24,000 bases of DNA from Cyanobacteriota bacterium (lineage in GTDB: Bacteria; Cyanobacteriota; Cyanobacteriia; Cyanobacteriales; Microcoleaceae): positions 1 through 24,000 of the forward strand of contig JBEDKD010000203.1 in NCBI GenBank assembly GCA_041172365.1. The letters are read 5' to 3'. The translations under genes were made by a program, and so were the position numbers. The notes under the pieces were generated by a model. The model did no database searches and had not been told where the DNA came from. It saw only the letters and a program-made list of their open reading frames with translations. This document shows positions 1 through 8,480 of this stretch, one piece after another; positions within the stretch are counted from its first letter, which is position 1, and each line of letters begins with the position of its first letter.

Positions 1-280
1 GTAATGCTGCTCCTGTGGAGGTGGGCTCGGAGTCTTCTGCGATTGTGGCTTTGGGTTGGGAAACACTAAGGCACTAAGGCACTAAGGAAGATAATGCTGC
101 TCCTGTGGAGGTGGGCTCGGAGTCTTCTGCGATTGTGGCTTTGGGTTGGGAAACACTAAGGCACTAAGGCACTAAGTGAAGATAATGCTGATCCTGTCGG
201 GGTGGGCTCGGAGTCTTCTCCGATTGTGGCTTTGGGTTGGGAAACACTAAGGCACTAAGGCACTAAGGAAGATAATGCTT
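1..280. repeat. Tandem repeat with a 90-91 bp unit, three full copies (unit starts about 1, 90/91 and 181; a fourth begins at 271 and breaks off). Each unit ends in the octamer run CACTAAGG x3. The array is truncated by the window edge.
   Basis: Direct reading: GATAATGCTGCTCCTGTGGAGGTGGGCTCGGAGTCTTCTGCGATTGTGGCTTTGGGTTGGGAAACACTAAGGCACTAAGGCACTAAGG recurs. Copies 1 and 2 are near-identical. Copy 3 has about 4 substitutions and a 1-nt offset (91 vs 90), so no reading frame is preserved. Confidence 0.9.
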
Positions 281-338
281 ATTTTCATATCCTCTCTCGG
301 TTTGGTCATATAATCTTACTATTGTGGCTTTTTGTTTT

Positions 339-387
339 GAACCACAAAGGCCGATTAGGACACAGAGGAAAGAAAAGAGAAAGAAAG
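339..387. repeat. Octamer-family repeat block (GAACCACAAAGG...CACAGAGGAAAGAAAAGA), the left member of an inverted pair flanking the orthocaspase-like gene
   Basis: The reverse complement of 2811-2850 reads GAACCACAAAGGCACAGAGGGCACAGAGGAAAGAAAAGAA. That is nearly the same string as 339-378. Confidence 0.75.
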
Positions 388-554
388 TAGATGTAGATAG
401 GGAAAATGTGTAGGCGATCGCGCTCAACACCGCGATCGAAGATTTCCCCATACATATTTGTGTAGAGTTTTTTGAAAATGGTATCGAATCCTGTTGCCAG
501 AAGAGCACCTACATCTGAAAATAGTCTGAATAGGGAGATAAGGATGAAGAAGCA

Positions 555-2801
555 ATGGCAATGAAGCGACGAGACTTTCTGCAACACGCGGCTTTGGCTT
601 TGACGACTTTGGGAGTCGGTGAATCATGGATGCCCCTAGGCGGTAACGCGATCGCGGGATCGCCTGACACCGAAATACTGGGAAAACCAACGGCGCGTAA
701 GTTAGCTTTATTAGTGGGAATTAATCAATATCCATCTCTGGGAAATGCCCCAACCAACCCGCTATCAGGATGTTTAACGGATGTGGAATTACAAAGAGAA
801 TTATTAATTTATAAATGGGGATTTCATCCCTCAGATATTCTCGTTTTAACGGATAGTCAAGCTACTCGCCAAAATATAGAAAATTCTTTTATTAGTCATT
901 TACAACAACAAGCCAAACCAGGGGATATTGTTGTTTTTCATTTTAGTGGTTATGGCAGTCGTGTTAAGGGTGGCACTACCCCCGATTTAGTCCAAAATAG
1001 TTTAGTCCCTGTTGATGATTTATTCCCGACTTCTGATAGTCCTTTTGTTAATGATTTGTTAGAGGAAACTTTATATTTAATGTTGGATTCGCTTCCTACT
1101 GATAACGCGATCGTGATTCTCGACACCAGTTATCTATATCCGGGGGGAGATTATCAAGGAAATTTGCGTATCCGTTCCCGTATTCGTCCGATAATTGCTC
1201 AAGTTAACCCGGAAAACCTCACCCTTCATACTAAATTAAAATCCTCTAGCCAGGGAATTTTTACCAATAAGAAATCGCCTCTTATTCTGACAGCTTCCTC
1301 CCCATCGCAGCCCGCGTCAGAAATACAAAAAAATGGTTTTTCTGCCGGAATATTTACTTATTCTCTTACCCAAACTCTTTGGTCAATTGCACCTGGGACT
1401 AATTTAAAATCAAGTTTTAATCGCATGGCTGAATCCCTAGAAATATTAACAAAAATGGAACAAGAACCTCAATTTTTGGGTAAGGAGATAACAACATTGG
1501 GGGAAAGTTTTTCGGGAGAAGGAGTTATTACAGAACTAGAATTAAAGGGGAAAACAGCCCAACTTTTCTTAGGAGGATTACCTTTAAATATTAGCGATAT
1601 GTATGGTATTAATTCTGTATTAAATTTAGCAAGTAATCCTAATTTAGGATGGCAAATTAAATCTAAACAGGGTTTAATTGCCCAAGGAAAATTAGTCGAT
1701 TTATCCTTAGAAAAAAAACAGGTTGATTTTCTGAATTTATCAATTAAAATCGGAGATATTCTGCAAGAAGCTATCAGAGTTATCCCTAAAGATATCCCAT
1801 TAATGATATCTTTAGATGCCCAATTTGATCGAATTGAAAAGGTTGATGCTACAAGCGCTTTAACAGGAATTACCCAAGTTTCTGTGGTGGTGGGAGAACA
1901 ACCCGCGGATTATCGTTTTGGGCGTTTAATGACAACGATCGCGCAAAATCCTTCGGCTTCTTTAGGATCAGTATATCAAGGCCGTTATGGTTTATTTAAT
2001 TTAGGGCAAAGTGCCATTACAAATACTTTAGGAGAGCAGGGAGAAGCCATCAAAGTCGCGGTGAAACGCGTTACTCCACAGTTGAAATCTTTGTTAGCCG
2101 CGAAATTGTTAAAATCAACCATTAATGAAACTTCATCACGGCTAAAAGTAAGGGCTACTTTATCCCTATTAAACCCCGACTCTCAAGTTTTAATAGAACG
2201 ATTTACCATGAGAGCCAATAATATATCATCATTCCCAGCATTAACTAAGAAAAATGAGGATAAAAATTCTCCCCTTGTCAGTATCCCAATGGGTATTCCT
2301 TGTCAATATCGTTTTTTTAACGAAGACGATCGCCCGGTTTATTGTCTAATTTTTGCTTTAGACAGTCGCGGAGAATTAAGATTATTTAATCCCCGCATAT
2401 TAGCTCAAAAAAGCACTGAGGAAAATGGGAATAATTTATCTGTGAATACGGAAATTAACCCCGGAGAAACTTTGACTTTTCCTTCAGTCAATTCTCTCAA
2501 TAGAGGCGAAAATAGAGAATGGATACTAGGAGCGCGATCGGGTTTAGCCGAAAATCTCATTATTTTCAGTAATGCACCTTTTCTACAGACATTAGCCGAA
2601 TTAGAAGAAGAGATAACACCCATGAAAGAATCTCCCCATATATCTCTATTAGGAAAACAGGTAAATGTGGCAAAAGCCCTATTACAAGATTTACATAATG
2701 CCAGTTTAAAACGAGTAGAAACCGCGGGAATAGTTACCGATGATTGGGCATTAGATGTTAAGGCTTGGGCGACTTTAAATTTTGTTTATCGAGTCGTTTA
2801 A
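555..2801 (+). CDS. Orthocaspase (peptidase C14) homologue, 748 aa, with a Tat signal peptide and a substituted catalytic dyad (Tyr/Ser instead of His/Cys). It has a long C-terminal region of about 500 aa with unknown function.
   Basis: Twin-arginine leader MAMKRRDFLQHAALALTTLGV. Caspase p20-like blocks are present: KLALLVGINQY, LSGCLTDVE, and GDIVVFHFSGYGS where the canonical motif is SGHG (Tyr133 = nt 951-953). VILDTSYLYPGG replaces the canonical D-x-C-H-S-G (Ser192 = nt 1128-1130). Confidence 0.8.
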   Translation: MAMKRRDFLQHAALALTTLGVGESWMPLGGNAIAGSPDTEILGKPTARKLALLVGINQYPSLGNAPTNPLSGCLTDVELQRELLIYKWGFHPSDILVLTDSQATRQNIENSFISHLQQQAKPGDIVVFHFSGYGSRVKGGTTPDLVQNSLVPVDDLFPTSDSPFVNDLLEETLYLMLDSLPTDNAIVILDTSYLYPGGDYQGNLRIRSRIRPIIAQVNPENLTLHTKLKSSSQGIFTNKKSPLILTASSPSQPASEIQKNGFSAGIFTYSLTQTLWSIAPGTNLKSSFNRMAESLEILTKMEQEPQFLGKEITTLGESFSGEGVITELELKGKTAQLFLGGLPLNISDMYGINSVLNLASNPNLGWQIKSKQGLIAQGKLVDLSLEKKQVDFLNLSIKIGDILQEAIRVIPKDIPLMISLDAQFDRIEKVDATSALTGITQVSVVVGEQPADYRFGRLMTTIAQNPSASLGSVYQGRYGLFNLGQSAITNTLGEQGEAIKVAVKRVTPQLKSLLAAKLLKSTINETSSRLKVRATLSLLNPDSQVLIERFTMRANNISSFPALTKKNEDKNSPLVSIPMGIPCQYRFFNEDDRPVYCLIFALDSRGELRLFNPRILAQKSTEENGNNLSVNTEINPGETLTFPSVNSLNRGENREWILGARSGLAENLIIFSNAPFLQTLAELEEEITPMKESPHISLLGKQVNVAKALLQDLHNASLKRVETAGIVTDDWALDVKAWATLNFVYRVV

Positions 2802-2810
2802 CTGATATTA

Positions 2811-2850
2811 TTCTTTTCTTTCCTCTGTGCCCTCTGTGCCTTTGTGGTTC
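2811..2850. repeat. Octamer-family repeat block (CCTCTGTG x2 + CCTTTGTGGTTC), the right inverted partner of 339-387
   Basis: TTCTTTTCTTTCCTCTGTGCCCTCTGTGCCTTTGTGGTTC lies directly after the stop codon at 2801. The same block recurs at 7494-7524. Confidence 0.75.
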
Positions 2851-3020
2851 ATAAAAAAGTGACTTTATCACTATCAAATGATATTACCGAGAAACAGTTT
2901 CAGAAACCCAGTTTCTTTGATTTGAACTAAAATTCAAACTTTTTTGATGACAAACCCCCCAAATTTTCCCAAACCGATTAAAATAAGAAAAGTAAAACAG
3001 AAGTCTTATGGGAATCCTTC

Positions 3021-4385
3021 ATGTCGGTAGTCTCAGTATTCGCGTCGATCGCAGTCTTAGCTATTCTTATTGTTGTTCACGAATTGGGGCACTTTCTCGC
3101 GGCACGTTGGCAAAATATCCACGTTAACCGTTTTTCCATCGGATTTGGCCCCATTCTTTGGAAATATCAAGGACCAGAAACAGAATACGCGATCCGAGGT
3201 TTTCCCCTGGGAGGTTTTGTCGGTTTTCCTGATGATGATCCTGATAGTAATATTCCTCCAAATGATCCCAATTTACTCCGTAATCGTCCGATTTTTGATC
3301 GGGCGATCGTCATTAGTGCAGGGGTGATCGCGAATTTAATTTTTGCCTATCTTCTGCTGGTATTTCAAATCGGTTTACTGGGAGTGCAAGAATTAGCACC
3401 CGGAGTATCTATTTCCCAAGTTAGTCCTCAAATTACTGTCGCGACTAAGGCGGGAATTAAACCAGGCGATCTGGTTTTAGCTGTCAATGGTGAAACTTTG
3501 GGTACTGAAACCGCCGCGGTGAAATCATTACAGGAATATATCCAAAAGCGCCCTAATCAATCGGTTCAATTATTAATTAAACGTGATAATGGTGCAACGT
3601 TAACCATTAGTGTTACTCCCGAAAAATCTAGTGATGGTAAGGGACGAATAGGGGTTCAATTAGCCCCGAATAGTGGAAAACCGGGTGTTTTAATGAATCC
3701 TGTCCCTGAAGTGATGCTCGCGTCTGATGCGGGGCTAAAACCGGGTGATGTTGTCTTAGCTGTTAATGGTGAAAAATTAGGAAAAATCCCAGGGGGCATG
3801 ACGGCTTTTATGGATTTTTTCTCAAGTCATCCGAATGAAAAAGTTTCTCTGTTAATTCAACAAGGAAGTGAAGAAAAGACGATTGAAGTCACGCCAACAA
3901 CTGCTGAAAGTCAAGGGTTTATTGCTCTGAGATTAGCGCCTAATGTCATCAGAAACAAAGCGCAAAATATCGGAGATGCCTTTAATAAGGGTGCGACGGA
4001 ATTTCAAAATATTTTCGTGAATACCTGGAAAGGATTTGGCAAATTAATCACCAATTTTCAACAAACCGCGGATCAATTATCTGGTCCTGTTGCTATTGTC
4101 GCCATTGGTGCGGATATTGCCAAATCTGATGGGGCGGCTCTTTTTCAATTTGCGGCAATTATTAGCATTAACCTGGCAATTATTAACATTTTACCTCTTC
4201 CGGCCCTTGATGGAGGTCAATTGGTATTTCTCTTAATTGAAGGATTATTAGGAAAACCATTACCCAATCGTATTCAGGAAGGTGTTATGCAGACGGGGTT
4301 AATCTTATTACTGGGGTTGGGTATTATCTTGATTGTTCGAGATACTGCCCATTTAGAATGGGTGCAAAAGTTGTTTCAACAATAA
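3021..4385 (+). CDS. rseP: RIP metalloprotease RseP / site-2 protease (peptidase M50) with two PDZ-like segments
   Basis: HELGH zinc motif in the first TM helix (VVHELGHFLAA). C-terminal LPLPALDGG motif. There are two internally similar PDZ-like stretches (GIKPGDLVLAVNGETLG and GLKPGDVVLAVNGEKLG). N- and C-termini are hydrophobic. Confidence 0.9.
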   Translation: MSVVSVFASIAVLAILIVVHELGHFLAARWQNIHVNRFSIGFGPILWKYQGPETEYAIRGFPLGGFVGFPDDDPDSNIPPNDPNLLRNRPIFDRAIVISAGVIANLIFAYLLLVFQIGLLGVQELAPGVSISQVSPQITVATKAGIKPGDLVLAVNGETLGTETAAVKSLQEYIQKRPNQSVQLLIKRDNGATLTISVTPEKSSDGKGRIGVQLAPNSGKPGVLMNPVPEVMLASDAGLKPGDVVLAVNGEKLGKIPGGMTAFMDFFSSHPNEKVSLLIQQGSEEKTIEVTPTTAESQGFIALRLAPNVIRNKAQNIGDAFNKGATEFQNIFVNTWKGFGKLITNFQQTADQLSGPVAIVAIGADIAKSDGAALFQFAAIISINLAIINILPLPALDGGQLVFLLIEGLLGKPLPNRIQEGVMQTGLILLLGLGIILIVRDTAHLEWVQKLFQQ

Positions 4386-4544
4386 TTAGAAAATAGGATA
4401 TGGGGCATTATATCATATCAGTACATTTTTTGTCAATAGCTAAAGAAAATAATGCCTTATATCCTATACCTTTAGGCCCCCATTAGTCTCTAAGGAGTTA
4501 AGTTTATCATGATATTTTAACAATTATAAAGTAATATTTCATTT

Positions 4545-4872
4545 GCTTGTGTTGCTCATCGGTGTAGGGAATAATGAAAGATAAGGGGAAACAGGAACTA
4601 AAGCTTGTGTCACCCCGCCATAACGCCACGGACTTACTGAAACCATAGACAATTTGGGACAATCCATGAAGTCTAAGTAAATCCAGGCTCTGGATCAGAC
4701 CACCGTTATCGGGAAGCGTTAAAGTTCCTACCTTGGGATGCTTGCCAGTTCCAAGCCCTAGAACTAAACAGTTAAACAAGCAAGGGTTTATTTAAAGCTA
4801 GTGCTGTTTGGATAGTACCGACTGATAACTTAGCCGAGGCACACATTACTGAAAAGGTCAGACACAACCATG
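4545..4872 (+). ncRNA. Putative IscB omega-RNA (HEARO-type structured RNA) immediately upstream of, and abutting, the iscB start codon. Boundaries are approximate.
   Basis: The 484-bp gap between rseP and iscB has no plausible + strand ORF. Verified local stems: ATCCAG-GCT-CTGGAT (4681-4695) and GTTCCTACCTTGG...CCAAGCCCTAGAAC (4724-4736 pairing with 4751-4764). The strings GCCACGGACTTACTGAAA and GGGAAGCGTTAAAGTTCCTACC resemble my recollection of published IscB omega-RNA scaffolds. The position, 5' of an IscB ORF on the same strand, is where omega-RNAs are encoded. Confidence 0.55.
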
Positions 4873-6144
4873 TCTAACTATGTTTTTGTTCTTGATACCC
4901 TCAAAAAACCTTTAACTCCCTGTAAGCCATCAATAGCACGAAAGTTGTTAAATGCTGGCAAGGCGGCTGTGTTTCGATGGTATCCATTTACCATCATTTT
5001 AAAAAAGGAGGTTGATGCCAATCCCGAACCACTCGAACTGAAACTAGATCCCGGTTCTAAAGTGACAGGAATTGCACTAAAAAAAGGCAACAAAATTATT
5101 TTTGGTGCCGAGTTGATTCATCAAGGACACGCGATTAAATCTCGTCTTGATTCCCGTCGTGCTATTCGACGTTCTCGACGAAATAGAAAAACTCGGTATC
5201 GTCCAGCTAGATTTCTTAATCGCACTCGTTCAAAGGGCTCCTTAGCTCCCTCCCTACAACATCGAGTAGAAACGACTATGACTTGGGTGAATCGCCTTCG
5301 GAAATTAGCACCGCTCGGTTCTATTTCTCAAGAATTAGTCAGATTTGATCTAAAACAGATGGAAAACCCAGAAATCTCAGGGATTGAATATCAACAAGGG
5401 GAATTACAAGGTTACGAGATTCGAGAATATCTACTTAATAAATGGGAGAGAAAATGTGCTTATTGTCGGGCAGAAAATGTGCCGTTACAAGTGGAACATA
5501 TTGAACCCAAAGCTAAAGGTGGAACTAATCGCATCTCCAATCTTTGTCTTTCTTGTGAGAAGTGTAACCAGAAAAAGGGGACTCAAGATATTAAGCAATT
5601 CTTAGCTGAAAAGCCAGAGATTCTTCACGGGATTTTATCTCAAGCTAAAAGACCTCTTAAGGATGCGGCGGCGGTTAATTCAACTCGATGGGCTTTGTTT
5701 AATCGACTCCAAGAAACAGGTTTACCTGTCTCAACGGGTTCTGGTGGATTAACTAAATTTAATCGAGTGCGATTAAATTTACCCAAATCACATTGGTTAG
5801 ATGCCGCGTGCGTGGGAAAAGTTGATTCTTTAGAGATTCTGACAACTCAACCGTTACGCATCACCGCGAAAGGATGGGGTTGTCGCCAAATGGTTCAAAA
5901 TGACAAATACGGTTTTCCTCGAAAGAATTATCGGGCAAAACAAAAAGTGAAAGAATGGAAAACGGGTGATATCGTTTCTGTCATCAGAGGAAAATGGGCA
6001 CCAATAACAGGAAAACGTATCAAAACGGTTCGATTTCAGGGTAATTTTGATGTCCGATTAGATAGCTCAACAGTAATCAGTGTATCTCGAAATCACATCA
6101 AGGCTATTCATCGCCAAGATGGATACGATTATACCTTTGTCTGA
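4870..6144 (+). CDS. iscB: IscB-type RNA-guided nuclease (OMEGA system effector; RRXRR/HNH protein), 424 aa
   Basis: Domain order by eye: PLMP-type N-terminus (KPLTPC aa 13-18); RuvC-I LKLDPGSKVTGIAL (D60, nt 5047-5049); Arg-rich bridge helix RLDSRRAIRRSRRNRKTRYRPARF; RuvC-II ISQELVRFD (E155, nt 5332-5334); HNH insert CAYC...VEHIEPKAKGG...NLCLSCEKCNQKKG (nt 5455-5577); RuvC-III SHWLDAACVG (H308 nt 5791-5793, D311 nt 5800-5802); and a C-terminal tail of about 95 aa. Confidence 0.85.
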   Translation: MSNYVFVLDTLKKPLTPCKPSIARKLLNAGKAAVFRWYPFTIILKKEVDANPEPLELKLDPGSKVTGIALKKGNKIIFGAELIHQGHAIKSRLDSRRAIRRSRRNRKTRYRPARFLNRTRSKGSLAPSLQHRVETTMTWVNRLRKLAPLGSISQELVRFDLKQMENPEISGIEYQQGELQGYEIREYLLNKWERKCAYCRAENVPLQVEHIEPKAKGGTNRISNLCLSCEKCNQKKGTQDIKQFLAEKPEILHGILSQAKRPLKDAAAVNSTRWALFNRLQETGLPVSTGSGGLTKFNRVRLNLPKSHWLDAACVGKVDSLEILTTQPLRITAKGWGCRQMVQNDKYGFPRKNYRAKQKVKEWKTGDIVSVIRGKWAPITGKRIKTVRFQGNFDVRLDSSTVISVSRNHIKAIHRQDGYDYTFV

Positions 6145-6460
6145 TTTTGTCCTTATTTGTCTAGCAAAAATGATGGAGGATAAACCGATGTATAATAGTC
6201 GAACCCCTGGACTCTCGAATACACAACAGAAGTATCTGAGAGAGCTAAACTTAGTTTCTCAACGTAATTGTCAGTTACGTGCCCGCGTTTCCCCTGAAGA
6301 AGCTTTGGTGAATGCTGAGTTAGAAGATTTATCTAATTTGTTAGCTTCTTTGGAGAGTTTTTCAGGAAAATAGACTAGGTTAGTAAATATCATTTACTCC
6401 TATTGGTACGCGGAACTCTTATGGCCAAGAGTTTAGATTTATACTGCCCATCTACAAGTA

Positions 6461-6501
6461 GAAACCCAATTTTATATCAAAATTGGGTTTCATCTTATTT
6501 T
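6461..6501 (+). terminator. Intrinsic-terminator-like hairpin downstream of iscB (alternatively an IS right-end structure)
   Basis: Perfect 13-bp stem GAAACCCAATTTT / AAAATTGGGTTTC (6461-6473 and 6479-6491) with a 5-nt loop, followed by the T-rich ATCTTATTTT. Confidence 0.5.
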
Positions 6502-6558
6502 AAGTTTCGTCTTTATTTGTTTGAGGAGATGAAAACAGCACCAATGGTTTTAATATAA

Positions 6559-7356
<798 letters not shown>

Positions 7357-7394
7357 TGTCATTATTTTCAGAAAAAATGGGAGTTTAAGAAAAT

Positions 7395-7524
7395 AACCAC
7401 TAAGGCACAAAGGCAAGAGAAAATAAACCGATTAAACCTCCGAATTGCGCTTATTTTATTCTCTTAAATCACCTCAAAGTGATAGAAGATTCACCTCTTT
7501 GTGTCCTCTGTGCCTTTGTGGTTC
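7395..7524. repeat. Inverted pair of octamer-family blocks (7395-7419 AACCACTAAGGCACAAAGGCAAGAG and 7494-7524 CCTCTTTGTGTCCTCTGTGCCTTTGTGGTTC) downstream of fabG
   Basis: The reverse complement of 7494-7524 is GAACCACAAAGGCACAGAGGACACAAAGAGG, which resembles 7395-7425. It could form a long imperfect hairpin just 3' of fabG. Confidence 0.65.
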
Positions 7525-7774
7525 ATTTTATTTCTTTAGGGAAAGAATAACCAAGAGACGTGCATCATTAATAAATAACAATAAGTCGTTATTTATCGCA
7601 TCCCATTAACAGCTACGATCAAAAAAATACCGCGTGGCTGCACATCCGGGTAAATCGGGTGGATAGGCTCAATAGACATCTCCAAAAACTACTGTAGGGT
7701 AGCATTAGCCTGCTTTTTACCTTATTTTTAGGAGATGTCTATTATGATTTAAGTATCACATAAATTTGATGTAT

Positions 7775-8137
7775 TTATTCAGTCCAAGCACTAAGAAACT
7801 CTATTTGATTTTGCATTTCTTCCGCTGACTTGACAGAAATTATATTCAAAAGGCGACGCATTTGTTCTCCCAGAGAATAATTTTGCTGTCCTAAAATAAT
7901 TCCTGCATGAGAGTCACCTTTTTCTAGCCAATTGGTATGGATTCTATAAAAATCCCTAGTGTTGAAACTATAAATTACCCTTTGATTCGCACAAGCCCAA
8001 ATCAGTTGATCCTCATCACTCCGAGATAACATCCCTGTTTCGGCAACTGTAATGGTATCTACACCACGACTTTGTAAAGCTTGTAATAGTTTTTTGCTGC
8101 GGGAATCTTCATCTAAGTAAAGACGAATTTGGCTCAT
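7775..8137 (-). CDS. DUF5615-family PIN-like (Mut7-C-like) putative toxin
   Basis: IRLYLDEDS...DEDQLIWACANQRVIYSFNTRDF...HAGIIL matches the DUF5615 pattern as I recall it. It has a 4-nt ATGA overlap with the upstream DUF433 gene. Confidence 0.75.
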   Translation of the reverse strand: MSQIRLYLDEDSRSKKLLQALQSRGVDTITVAETGMLSRSDEDQLIWACANQRVIYSFNTRDFYRIHTNWLEKGDSHAGIILGQQNYSLGEQMRRLLNIISVKSAEEMQNQIEFLSAWTE

Positions 8138-8433
8138 ACTGTCCCCTGATTTTTTCGCTGATTTAATGCTGCCAAACGCTCATATTCCGCTTTTTCGGCC
8201 GCTAAATCTGCTTCGATTTCCGCTCGATTTGCGTGATAATAAGTCAGCGCAGCATAAACTTGCGCTAAGGTGAGATGATCCAAATCCGCGGCTATTTCTT
8301 CAGCATTATTGCCTTGTTTGTATAAGGCGGCAATTCGCTGCACTGATGTAGCTGTATCTGCAATGATAGGGATGCCACCGCGAAGGTGTGGATTGCGGAT
8401 AATTAAAGTGCCAATATCAGTTAAAGTTGGCAT
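8134..8433 (-). CDS. DUF433-family putative antitoxin
   Basis: IIRNPHLRGGIPIIADTATSVQRIAALYKQGNNAEEIAADLDHLTLAQVYAALTYY matches the DUF433 consensus as I recall it. It is translationally coupled to the DUF5615 gene. Confidence 0.75.
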   Translation of the reverse strand: MPTLTDIGTLIIRNPHLRGGIPIIADTATSVQRIAALYKQGNNAEEIAADLDHLTLAQVYAALTYYHANRAEIEADLAAEKAEYERLAALNQRKNQGTV

Positions 8434-8480
8434 GGATTAATCAGGGGTTAAATGTTAGAATTTAATTTTAGCACATAACC

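Noticed and set aside
1-280. CRISPR-array interpretation of the 90-bp tandem repeat (and of 22427-22706)
   Set aside because: The would-be spacers are identical between units, the period does not fit repeat-plus-unique-spacer architecture, and no cas genes are present. These are plain tandem duplications.
263-690. Three overlapping minus-strand ORFs (263-508, 306-587, 424-690) upstream of the orthocaspase-like gene
   Set aside because: They overlap one another, run through repeat blocks and the promoter/5' end of the + strand gene, have low-complexity composition and contain no recognisable motif.
4507-4779. 90-aa minus-strand ORF between rseP and iscB
   Set aside because: It lies antisense to the structured region that best fits the IscB omega-RNA. 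It has no motif and no start context. I treat it as a chance ORF in non-coding RNA DNA.
6080-6373. 97-aa + strand ORF overlapping the iscB 3' end
   Set aside because: Its first third overlaps iscB in another frame. A shorter 67-aa version from ATG 6171 is possible but has no recognisable features, so it is mentioned only inside a finding.
4386-6501. TnpA (Y1 transposase), cas1/cas2 or a CRISPR array accompanying iscB
   Set aside because: I looked on both strands around the locus. The neighbours are rseP and fabG and no such ORF or array exists in the window. The IscB is therefore called stand-alone.
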